A stretch of 60,295 nt of DNA, counting the filler, from Dimargaris cristalligena (Eukaryota): NCBI GenBank assembly GCA_003614675.1. It is 2 parts of 2 records of this genome, joined end to end, with 100 filler letters (N's around TTAATTAATTAA, not from the genome) between each part and the next. Parts side by side here need not be neighbours in the genome. Positions count along the whole stretch, not along the records: positions 30,210 to 60,295 come from ML002467.1; 1 more part is not named here. One strand, written 5' to 3'. Position numbers and translations under genes: made by a program. Position 1 is the first letter of the stretch, and every line of letters starts with the position of its first letter. This document shows, in pieces, positions 33,678 to 46,300 of this stretch. The notes beneath the pieces are model-generated. The model made no database searches, was not told where the DNA came from, and saw only the letters and a program-made list of their open reading frames with translations.

Positions 33678-36600
33678 CTATGCCATCCCGATCAAGTTGG
33701 CTAAATCAGCCAGAATACCGCCACTCATATTCGACTCCAACCATTGTCGGAAGGCAGCAGGGCCACCCTGGAACTGTCCTTCAACGCTGGCCAGCGCTGA
33801 TCGAATCGCATCGGTGGTGTTGACATTCAGAACAATGTCTTTTTCGGAAATCTAATGCAAAGTAATACAGAAAAAACCAATAATAAAACCAATATAAATA
33901 AAAACACGATTAATTTCGTATATAGTTGGCCATCTACGGGAGTATATGTTGCATAACTAAATGCACCCGTCTAAAAATACTACCCCATATCATCAATTAG
34001 ATCAACTTACTTGAGACATGCGTGCTGTGTACTTGTCACAATCGTCGGTATACTCAGTACACTCATCTTCAAGCACCTCTACTTCCCGATAGGCCGGTAC
34101 GAAGCCCCGTTTGTCTTCGGAGTATTCCGACAAAAAGGAGGTCCAAATCCGGAACATGGCCGACAGTAGGGGTCCAAACGCAGGACGACAATGGCTGAAT
34201 AAAGCGATAAGCCCGAGAACGTTGCGCTTGCGGGATCGGGCGGCGTAGAGGATATCACTTAGGGCAATCCAGGCACTCAGGAAGCGTTCTAAATTGATAT
34301 CCACCGGCAGGACCAGGGAAGAATCCGGCGGACTGAAATCCCGCCGCTCGATATGCTGGATGACGAACTCGGGATCCTGGATCGTCAGCCAGGTTAGAAT
34401 TTCCAGTCCCCGGGTCTGGTGGGTTCGAATGCCCGATGGGTCCATAACGAATACCAGTAAATGGTGGAATAGGCCCGAGGCAATGATCGGGGACTGGTAT
34501 AGCACCGGCGGGGCATTCTGGATAATAATGCCAAAGAGCTTGCTAATGAGAGGTAATGACCGGTCCACGTTCTCACGGATGAAGTTGCCGGTGACCCGGC
34601 AAACCCCCGTACCATGGGCTTGCATCAACGCCGAGGCATCCAGGCTAGCGTATTGGATAAGAATATTCAGATGATGGACCGCGAGAGTCTCATCACTGTA
34701 CTCACTGTTCATTTCCAGGAAACTAGCGGCCTGGAGCATGTCCGAAGTGAGTACGGGGGACTGGCGGAGGGTGACCAGCCAGAGATCCATGGCATCTTCC
34801 TGGAGTTCCAGTCGGTGCGGGGCGGTCGGGGGTATGCTAGCCTGCAGAATCTGGAGGATCAGAGGCTGCAGGTCCAGGCTCAATGGACCCATCGCGGTGA
34901 CTAGCCGAATCATGGATGCCACGATTTCGTTCTTCAGGGTGAGCTCCGGGCATTCCTGCCACAATTGGAACAAAACGTTCATAAAGTGGGCGCCCGCAGG
35001 GGCCACGGCTTTATCCATGCACTGGGAAATGACCGCCAGGCAGCGAATCGCCCGCGACTGACAGGCGGGCTCTTCGAGGGTCTGCAACAGCTGGACTATA
35101 TCACCCAAAAGGCGCTCCAAGTAAGGGCTGAAATCATGGGGCGAAAATTTAAGGGTGTCCATCCAGCCCCGCAGCGCCATCAAACTGGCCAAGCGAACAA
35201 TGAGGTGCTGGTTGGGACTGGTTAGGTGGACCAGGGCCTCGTAGACGACCAGAGTGGTGGACCGGGGAAAGTCCTCCTCAGCCAACTCGCCGATAAGCCA
35301 GGCGGTCCGCCAGCGTAGGATGCTGCTGTAGGGACCGCCATCCTCCCGCAGGTCGGGGACTAGTTTAGTGGTGATCCAGTTATTATAGTCGATATTATTG
35401 CCCAGGTACCGGAACGACACCCCAATGGCCGAGTACAGGGCGTCCACCGTCTGAATGTTGTTGGGCGAGATGGGGGTCGCCATGGTCGCCTTAAGCTTCT
35501 GGAAAATAAGGGGCAGCAGGGTATTACTGAACCGGTTCATCAGGTTGATGAACAGATTGCGGGCGCAGGGCCGCAGACTGACCTCCGACTGGCCATTCAC
35601 TTCCTCGGTAAACCACTCTTCCGGCTCCTCCGACCAGAGCTTCAAGTCAAGGGGGCGAAACAGCATGTATTGGGTCATGAGGTCCTCGGCCAGTTCGGTC
35701 AGAAACGCGGGAGTGAGTAGCTGGTCCCGCAGGGTGCTGTCGTCCGGGCGGTTATTGGGGCCCGCGGAACGATACGAACGGCAGCGAACGGTGAGTTCGG
35801 GATTGCTCACGATCCGTCCGAATAAATTGAGGACGCGGATCAGCAGCTTCGTGGGGAGGGTGGCCTCGGCTTCGACTGAATTAAGCTGGGCCAACACGAG
35901 CCCGTAGTCCCGCAGGACACTGCGGTAGCCCATAAGAAGGGTGATGGTGGGCGGGGCAGAGATGAAGGCTGCGGGGTGGTGCTCGTGCATTTCGTAGTGG
36001 ATTTTGGCCAGCAATAGAAGATGGCGGTACACCAGTTGGCGAACCTCGGGGGCGGCATCCACAGACATGGACTGGTACAGAGGGTATAAATGTTGGAGGA
36101 ACCCCTGGGTCAATTCCATGAAGGGCACTGTAAGCGGGGATTCGATGAGATACCCCAGGCCATGAAGCACGAGCTGGCGGAGTCCACGGAGGACCAACCG
36201 GGCCAAGTGGAGCCGCTGGACCAACACCGGGAGCGGCGGAGTGGCCTGGGGCGGCAGCACGGACTCCAGGGTGGTACGATACAGTTCCAGCAATACCGGG
36301 AAACACTGCTTGGCCATGTTTTGGAACTGCAGGCGGTCCTTGCCCAGGGTTTTCGAGGTCAATTGCTTGATGGTCTTACTGAGGGTATCCATAATTTGCA
36401 GCTGCACTTCGGGAGACGATTCGGCTTGGGTGAATAGCTGGTACAGACGTTCCACAGGGTCTGACCACACCGCCGAAAAGTCTTTGCGGGCGATCAGGGG
36501 GATGAGGTCGGCGGTCAGCCGGGCCGTTTCCCGGGGCAGGACCTCGTGGCCCACAATGTGGAGTAGACCGGCGCGGATAATAGCCTGGTCCTCGGTGGTT

Positions 36601-36836
36601 ATGACGGGGTGGGCAGCGTAGCGACGCCAGTGCTTGTCGACACCGTTTTTAAGTTGGATGAGAGCAAGCATGCGGACGGTGGGGTTGGTGTCAGTGGCCT
36701 GGAACACCTCGAAAAGAGCGCGGAAATAACCGGGCTGGCTGCGCCATTGCTCTAGTTGAACTTCAGCAGCCTTGAGCCGGGCCGGGTCCTGGGAGGTAGC
36801 CTCGGCAAGGCAGCTCAGCAGGTCGGGATTGACCAT
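33678..36836 (-). CDS. IPO11: Importin-beta family karyopherin, importin-11/Kap120-like; exons 36836-34011 and 33851-33678
   Basis: IBN_N-like start (AEVQLEQWRSQPGYF...VRMLALIQLKNGVDKHWRR), IARKDFSAVW, DLKLWSEEPEEW, LRPCA, ILRWRTAWLIG, LQEDAMDLW. A gtaagt...ttag intron adds ISEKDIV...LIGMA*. Confidence 0.85.
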
Positions 36837-39800
36837 TGTGAAACGAACTGTGCAAAAAGAGAGTGAAAAAGAAGGGGTGTGCGGGAATATATAGTTGGGC
36901 CGGATAGCTATGCGAGTGCCCCAACGGATAAGGAATGGCAATGCGGGCCTATAAAAGTAGGGCGTAGATAAGGAGGGCTAAAAACAAACAAGAATAGCGA
37001 GGTTAGGCTGTATGCCAGCTCTAGTCTATGACCGACTCGATGGTTATAAAAGAGCCCGGTGGGGGTCAATAGAGCTGATATGCAGCAGATGGGCGAAAAA
37101 AAGGTCGACAATGCTTGATAGTGTGCTGTGGATGCTAATGTGCTGTAGTTTATGTAGCTTCCTCAGCGAGCTACAATGCCACTGTTTTTATACTCTAGAT
37201 CCGACTCTTTAACGTAATTATCTACACTGGCACCTTGGGGGGCCTGTACACTCACCACTGCCCAAACTGTGGTAACAGCCCTATCGCGGTGGTAAAGCCC
37301 GGTGCAAAAGGCGACTTTTCAAGGGCCGAAAGAGTCTTTGTTACTCCATTATGTTTAGCTTCTACTTCAACAAATACATGGCCTAAATTTACATGACCGT
37401 TTCGTATAGCTCAGTGTGTACGGTAGTCACTATTATACCCGACTATTATATGACTGTGGCTATGGATAGATTTGATTCACAAGTGGGGGCAACCAAGACA
37501 ATTAATAGTCATTTACCAGGTTTACGCCGTGGCTGGGGGTGGGGTAGGGGGCTAACTCATCCAAGACCACCAATGGATGAAGTTGGAAATTGGAAGTAAA
37601 TAACTCCTTTGGCATATAGTTGTCCGACCCATAATCATATAATAGAAAGCGCGTTTTAGTACAGATTCGCGTGAAAACAATCGAAAAAACCAAGTCAAAT
37701 TAGATGAATCACTCCAAGTCCTTCCTTGGGTTCGACGCACTAGACCCATTTCCGCATGATCAAATTTAGCCAGGGGGTTATTAGGTAGACGATGGATAAT
37801 GGAGCCCCCCTCACAAATTACACTATGGCTCTTTAGAATCCGTTTCCGCCTAGCCATTTCCCGCTTTGACCCGCCCCCGCCTTTCAGGCGCCTTTGTTTG
37901 CCATTGTGTACTAGTATAAATGGACATGGTACATGGCCTCCAGTGCCACTTTGAGTCCGGTGGCCTTCGGTTTATGTGGAGCGATTATTCTACGGCTAGG
38001 CATAACCTATTCGACACCTCCTACTTAAGTGTCCCTGAGTCATTTCTATATCCACTTTATAAATTATGGTGGGGCTCAATCCTGGCGGATATGGATGGCT
38101 CCTCGTATATCCCCCAATGGATGGTCGGCGGATTTGGCATGGCTAAATTATTTAACATTACGGTCTTCTGATACCTCGCTGGGAAACTTACCAGTTGGTT
38201 ATTTGCCACAGGATATGGTTTATATAGATCGTTCAACGCGGGCATATTCACCCTATCAAATGGTGCTATAAACCAACCTCGGCCATGATACACATTGCAT
38301 TTATAAAATCAGAATTTGGTTGGCTATGTTTCCCAGTTGTCTATAAGGCGGTTCCTCCGATATCCCGGGTTGTAGCGGGCGGTCTTCCACAGCGTATCCC
38401 AGTTATGCTCTTACTGAGCTGGAATCAGCCTTCGTGTTTTGCTGTCAGTAACAACTTGAGGGTGTGTTCAGTTCATGAGTCCATTACACAAGGCAAGCGG
38501 GAAAATGTGGATTTATATGAAGGTCACGCGGCCGTACATTTGCGACGAGGCCATACTCTTAGTCAGTAGTGCATCTCTGCGGCTTCCAACTGGTATTTTA
38601 CATGACTGGCCTGGTGGGGGTGGGGAGGGAGGCTGCAGTTTAATTGAGTGATACGCATATCAACTGAATGTAGTATTTGACAGCAACGTATTTACTAGCA
38701 AATATAACTGCAAGCCTACTGGTTTGTGCGGGCCGTTTTAGATAACATTGGAATCCTCGTATCAATACGGGCGGCGTACGCTTCCCAACTCGCATAATTA
38801 GGAGAGACGGTGGGTCCAATATTATCTCGGGCTTAAATAGCAGTTTACTACTCCGCCGGTCCGACGAGGGCATATTAGCCCTGGCCATGTTGGATGCGGG
38901 CCCAACTAAACCTGCCCTGTGTTTTTAATGACGATTGGATACAACGAATGGAGTCTGCTATATAACGAGATGATAATTTAATCGCGGGGTGCTTCACCAC
39001 CTTCAATGTGAGGGCCGCTGATATCGGAAGTGTCCCAAGACTAAGCTGGGGAGTGAACGAAGGTGCGAATGCGGTCGAGGATGTATGTATAATGGGGGGG
39101 GGTGCTATTCGCACCGATTGACGATACAAAGAAGGGGGGTGGTGGTGGTCACATGGTGGGGGGCTATATATTACGGAATTTCTTGTTACAAGGCCTAATT
39201 GGCCAAGAAACAAGCCCTCCTGGGTATTAAAAATAGATGGAGTTTTCAATTGGCTCGCCAGGGTTGGCCGTGGGACCTTGCGGAGAAGTGGGCCCAAAAC
39301 CCTTCGGTAACCCGTCCGGTTCGCGAGGATGTTTAAGCAGGGCTAGGGTTAGTTAGCAATGGCACCTTCGGAAGTAGGGAACCTCCAGCTGCAGCCGGCC
39401 CTGCGTAGCTGACCTGGTGGGTTCCAGGAGACTGGGCGCGTGGCAGGTCAGTCAGCGGCATTGGAATCGCTGGTGCATTGGCCGGATCCTATCTGGCTAA
39501 TGAGGGGGAATAGATTCGGGGCATGGTCGATGATAATAGTGACGATGATAGCCAGGGTGTTTTATATACGGACGGTGGTTCTCTCCCTTTCCCCACAGCC
39601 AAACCCTACAGGGTGTGGGCCATTAGGCAGGGGAAATCAGCGTCTGGCCAATAGGACGGCGGGGCCCCTGGATACGTGGAGCAGCAGACTGAAGGGAACG
39701 AATGCCCCTTAAAAAACGCACTGTTGTCGTTACACGCGCACCACAGCTGCGACATCCACATCGAGAATGATCACTCTGTAGCTCTCTATATAAGGACGCG

Positions 39801-40354
39801 GGCCTCAATAATAATCTCTCTGAAATAGCGCAATACCCGTTCACGCATACTACTATAGTCGAAACTAATCGGAGTCCTTGGATTAAGGTTGGCGAAGCGA
39901 GAGAGAGGGTAACGGGGCCGTCATGGTATGCCGCATATAGCGGCAGTCCCTCCCCCCTGTGGCCCAAGTATCTACGCGCGTGGTGTTATTCCTTTCCTTT
40001 CCTCTCTTTCTATTACTGGTGATTTCCTCAGAAACGTCAGCCCTGGCATTTCTCTGTTCCTGTGTTCATATACTCCTAAACGCATAGACAAACTCCGACA
40101 CTCGCTTCTCCTTACTTTCGCCTTTTGTTTCCTTTATATATTTATATTTATATATAGTATTTCTATTGCTTTATTCGGTGGACTGCTCTGGGTCATTGTA
40201 AACGCCGTCCTCTCCCCAACCCCATTCTCTGCATGCTACGACGGCGATTCTCTCCATTCCCCCTGCACTGATCGTTCCCCAACCCAACTCGTCTCGACTA
40301 CACTAGACTAGACAGTCGTCCCCTCTACAGCCCTCATCTGCTGGACTGCTCATC

Positions 40355-43300
40355 ATGGCCGAGCCGGCCGACCGTGCCAGGCCCACTTCCCGCCCGGTCT
40401 CCTCCGCGCCCGACTCTGAGGACCCGTTAACCCCTCGCCTCTCCGAACTTCGGCTTTCCACCTTTGAGTCTGGCCGTAAGTCAATAGCCCGCAGGCCAGT
40501 GGCTTATCCAAACACCCAGTCCCCACTTTCTCCCACCGCTGGGAGAGGGGGTGGCTGGTGTCTGTTGAAGCCAACTCGGCCTCGTTGGCCCGCATAATAA
40601 TATTTTCCGTATAGCCGCAACTTACCGTGCCTCGCCCCCCTTTGGAATTTGTAGCGTTTGATATTGTGCTAATCATTGTTTTGCTATCGGAATACCACTG
40701 CATCCCCTCCTCCCACTTGTCGGTAGTCATTATGGGCGTGGTTGAGGACTCCCTCTTCAACCCCAACGATGCCACCCACAACACCTTCCCCTCCTGGCAA
40801 CTCGAGGAAAGCCGATCCAGTATATCTGCCGAGCCCCCCAAACTAACTTGGGCCGAACGGGCCTTTTCGGCCATCGGCCCCTCCCAACTCCCATCTGCCT
40901 TCCAGAGCCCCGAGCGCAGTTCCCAGGCCCTCTCCCCCCCTCCCCTCCGGGCCTCCCTTAGCACCTCTCGGGTCTTCCATACCGCCGAATTGGAATCCGA
41001 CTCTCCCAAGGCCGGGCGCCACTCGACCCATTTGCCTCTATCGCCATCACTCTATTCCAGCCAACCTTCTCTGGCTCCTCTCAACGACACCATCGACCGC
41101 CATAAGCTTACATCATCCACTCCTGCCTTCAAGAAGTCGGCTACTAGCACCTTCTTCACCTCCGGGTAAGCCCTCTAAATACATCTTAAACCGGTACCTA
41201 TTGTTCGTTTAGATCCCGTCAATTAATATACTCAGTCAATTTTTTGGGCTGATCCTCCTAGCTTGGTTATCCGCCTCGATGATGCATTCCCCTACTGCAA
41301 TCCGTATATTAATGCCATGCAACCAACCACCTACCCCTTTCCCCATTTGATATCCAGGATCCCGGACTCATTTTCCGACTCGAGTACGGCCCCGCCCCTC
41401 ACCCCAATTAAAAAGAGTACCAGCCAACGTAAATCGAAAACCGACATTTCTTTCTGGTCCTTCTCAGGCGATAATACTAATAACAGTAACAGTAACAGTA
41501 ATAAGGTAATACTCACGGGGTTTCCAAGTCCCAACCGGCTGCGCGTGGTCGCATCCGCATTGAGTCGACCATATACTAACCAGCAATTTCACTTCCTCTA
41601 TACTATAGGATCATCCATTTCCACTAACCCCTGAACTTACGAAAATGGTCATTACCCTCCCCCACCTAGGAAAATGCAACCAACCAAGAATCGCCGGCTA
41701 CCCGCCCCGACTCCAGCAACTCAACTGGCAAGGGTCCAAATTCCCAGTCCCGTAAATCGGGCACATATATTCGCGACCGCCTCTCGGGGCTTCTCCGGAA
41801 ACCCAGCGTTGGCAAAGGGGCCAGTGGCAGTGGTACTGGCGAAGACGGCATTAATTACTTCTCGTCCTCCCGCATGAGTCAGCGTATCATCCCCCCCGGG
41901 ATTGCGTCCCCAACCACCCCCGTCCTGGCCGAGCCCCTTGCGCCGAACTCGCCCCGAATCTCCGGTGATGGCACTCAAGTGGTCATGACTAGTCCCGCCC
42001 TCCTCTCAACGGAAAAACTTCTAAATACCGACCCTAGCCATCGGTCTCACCGTGAATTGGTCCAGGATTTCCTGCAGCTCAAGGAAGACTTTAAAAACAT
42101 GGCCATTAGCAAACGATTACTCGACCAGTCGGTCCGAACCTTCAACCAGGAACTTAACCAAATTCGCGCCGCCCACAAGGGGGCTGAAGAGCGGGCCGAT
42201 ACTCTGGCTGGTCAGCTAACCCTCGCCAAGGAGGCCAGCGACGACATGCACAACAAGTTGGTTATTGCGCGGGGCGAGCTTCAGCAGTCCCAGCAGCAGG
42301 CCCAAACCCTGCGGAAGGAGCGCCGGGGCTGGGCCGAGCAGGCCGAGGCCGCCGAAAAGGAAGCCCTGCGCTTGACTACCGAGCTTAATACCGCCCAGGA
42401 ACGGGTCACCGAATTAGAGTCCTACTCGTCTGAAGAAGCTGTTCAGCTCCAACAAACTATTGAGAGACAGGCCCAAACCATCAGCGATCAGGCCGGCTCG
42501 GTGACCCGCCTTACCAACGACCAGGAACAGCTGACCGAGACCATGAATGACCTCATGGAAAAGCTCCGATCGGTGGGCGGTGGATCTGACCAACCAGCTC
42601 TCCCTTCAGCAGACGCACGACCCGCCCCCGCCAGTTCCCTAACCGCATCAACTCTCGAGACGATCAAGCAGGACTACGCCAATGAAGTCACTCGGTTGGC
42701 CAATGACCACGCTTTACTGGCCGATACCATGACTGAGCTTACCGCCCGGGCCAAGGACTACAAGACCCAGATTCGCACGTTAAAGGGCGAGCGGGCCGAC
42801 ATGGAGCAAAAAATCACGGTGCTGACCGACCAGGTGACCCAGTTAGATCTCGTTCAAATCGGGACTCAGGCAATCCGGGATACCTTGGCCCAAAAGGAAG
42901 AACGAGTCAGTCAACTGGAGGCCGAGTGCGCCCGGTTTGGCCCGGTCGAGGCCCAATTCCGGCTCGACATCACCGACTTGGAGCAAATTAAAGTGGAGCT
43001 ACAGGCTCAGGTAGCTCGGTTGGAAAAAGACCGGGTCCCAGTCGACGTAATCGCTATCGTGGATGATCCAGGTCATGATATACGCCTCGCTGCCCTTCAG
43101 CAAGACTACGACACTCTTGAAGCCGAATTTGCCGAAGCTACCGAGTTAGTGGAGAATCTGCGTACGGAGGCTGCTCACCATGCTACCCAGCGGCAATCCC
43201 TAGTTGCACGGGTAACCCACCTCGAGGTTGAATTGACGGAGAGCCGGAAAGCGCAGGAAAAATTATTAACGGAGCATGTGACCTGGAACGAACAGTGGGA

Positions 43301-46300
43301 TCGTGTAAAGCAGCAAGCCACTGATGCCGACGAGCAACGGGTGGCCATGGAAATCAAATGCGTTGATATGGAATTGGCGGCCATCGCTGCCGAAGAGGCC
43401 CGGATGGAAGCCGAGGTTCAGCGGGATGCCCTTCTCGAAAACGCTGACCAGACTGGCCCAGCCCCTCCATCTCACCTACCGACATTGTCAAGAACCGGCT
43501 CCGTGTCCGCCTCGCCCGCACGTACCGCCCAGGCCGGTGAGCTGGTCAAGCTCAAGGGCAAGATGAATGACTTTAAGGTCCGCCGGGATCGTCTGCAAAA
43601 CCAAATCACGTCAGAAACCCGGGCCATTGCCGAGTTTGAACTCGAAATCGAAGTAACATCCATTCGGTTAGTGACATTACGGGCGGAGCAGCAAGTGCTT
43701 TCCGTTCAGCTGAGGGATATCCTACTCGAGAATCGGGCTATCCAGTACGAGATTGACCACCAAACGGGTAAGAAAGACCAACAAATCGGATTTTTGCAAG
43801 GGAGCTGTCTCGAAGCCAGTGCCATCCTTAACCCCGCTGCCCAAGACCGGGCCATTCAAGTGTCTCTGCCGGCTAGCCTGGACGAAACCGAAAATATCAA
43901 ACCCATCCAAACCAGCGCCGAAGTCGTCAATTTATCCAGCGGGATTAACACCCTGCGCCTTAGCCACATGCTGGTAGACACCGGGGTACAGACTAGCCCC
44001 TTATGCATGCCTGAAGACGCCCAAAATCCCGAGAAAGCGCTCCCCATCCCTGAGCACTTGTCGGCTTTATCGGAGTCCGGTCGGATTGAGCCCGAGTTCT
44101 CGTCACTGTTCTCCCTTGCTGACGAAGTCATGGATGACCGCACCAACCTACTGGCACAGCTGTCGGAATTAGACCAGGAACGGACCCTCCTGGCCCAACA
44201 ACTGGCGGTCAATGAGGATAATCTGATTCGCGAACGCCAGGGCGTCGAAATCCTACGCAACCAAATCGAACAAATTACCGAAAACCACCACCAAACGGAG
44301 CGGTTATTGAGCACCCATTTAGCAGAGTGCCAGTTGACAACCGAGCAGCTTGAGGCCGCACGGTCCAGCGCCGAAGCCGAGTCCGCGGAGGCTCAAGCTA
44401 AAGTCCGTACCCTTGAAACCCGGGTCACCGAGCTCGAACACCAGGCTACCCTAGCCCAGCCTGCCCCCGCCAGCCCCCTTGGTCCGGGTCGGGGAGGTCT
44501 ACGCCGGTCGTTTACGTCCCAGCGGGACCTCGTTGGCAGCACTCCACTGACCAATCGTAGCCAGAGTGGAAGTAGCAGCATGGTGGTGTCCCCTCAAGAA
44601 CAGCGGCGATCGAGCAGTAGTCTAAGCGCCGTCCGACCCCGCGCTCGCGCCGGCAGTCTGTCTGCCAGCAAGTCGAAAGTGGAAATTACCAGCCGGACTC
44701 GCAGTCGCACGGACTCCCTCTCCCCGGTTGGCACTGGCCCGGCTTCGTCGTCATCCTCGTCGTTAGTATCGGGTCTTCGCAGTCCTAATTTTGCTCGCCC
44801 GCCAATTCCCAGCAATTCGGCCAATTCCGCTGAGACGAGCGACTCTCTGCGCCGCGAGGTCAACCAGTTGCAACAGGCTCTGGACAAGTTGGAATCGGAA
44901 GCCGTGGAACGCGAGAAACGGACCATCGAGTTAACCGAGCAGCTACGGAATGCCCAGAAACAGTTGGCCGACACCCAGGGACAGCTCAGCCGCTACGAAC
45001 AAGAGCAAACCGCTCGAGCGGCTGACGTCAAATTCCGGACTACACTGGATGAAGCCCACCGTGACCGCGAGCAAAAGCGGAATCAGCAGCAGTTGTCCGA
45101 ATTCGCCCAACTGATCGAAACCCAAAAGGGCGAAATAGCCACCCTGCAGCTGCGCCTCCACTCCGAGCACAGCAAGTTGGTTAACGAAAAGCATAAGGAC
45201 CTGACGACCCAGCAACGGCGTATCGACGAGCTCCTCAATACGATTCATAAGAAGGATACCCAAATCAGTTCCCTCCGTGAGAATCTACTGCAGCACCACG
45301 GCCGTATTGATGCTCTTGAACAGGAGTACGCCTCCTACCGCCGGCAGCAGGAACGGGCCGAGAAGAAACTCGAGTCGGCCCATCGCCTCTCCGTTAAGTT
45401 ACGCGACGCCGCCTCCAGTTCTACCCCCGCCTCCAGCCAGCCAATTACGCCCAGCTCACCTAGATCTGCAACCCCCGCTTCCGTGGCCTTGGTCTCTTCC
45501 CCGGCCGAACTCACCCAGCAGGTCGCTGATTTAGAAGCCAAGATTAGTGATTTAACGCAGCGCTTGCGTGAGGAACAACAGCACGTCCAGCGCGGCCTGT
45601 ACTTAGCCGAAGAGAGCCGTGGACACCATCTGAAGGAAGTACAGGGGTACCAAATCCAACTGGCGACCTTCGAAAAGGATGTGGAAGACCTGCGCGACCG
45701 TATTCAAGTTCACGAAGACACGATAAATCACCTGCGGAAGCAAGTTGCCGATGGCGAGCAAGAACGGGAGGCCCTGATTAAACAATTCCCCGCGGTTCCA
45801 ACCCGTCACCCTAGCGAACTTTCCCGTCCGGGTAGTATGTTTGAGGACGGCAGCCGACTTGGTATGGGAGGTGCTCTCCAGTACCCTAGCCGAGGTGGCG
45901 GACAACACGATGCTGAAGTCCGGTTACATACTCCGCCGACCCCACCCCCGGGCCGCGTGGCCGTGGCCGAATATGCTGACGGATACACCACCCCTGGCCC
46001 TGTCGACCGCCATGTCCGCTTGAGCGTGTCTTCGCTCTCCCATTCTCACGTCACGTCCCCGTCGGCTGTCCACTGGTCAACCCGGACCCCACCCCGTAAT
46101 GATATCACTACTCCCATTCCCACGCCCGGCGGTTACTCTCGCCGTAGCACCGATGTGGCCTCCCTACTCACCGATGCCGCCCACCGTCAACCGGCACGCT
46201 CACCCGCTCCCGACCGAATGTCCCCGGGTGTCCCCCACAACCATACCAGCCGCCGTCAATCCATTTCTAGTCTACACTCCAGTCGGGCTGGCTTAGACTG

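Noticed and set aside
36950-40300. Short ORFs in the long intergenic regions (also 3600-9300, 11800-14200 and 49100-51300)
   Set aside because: No recognisable domains or consistent splice structure; treated as non-coding.
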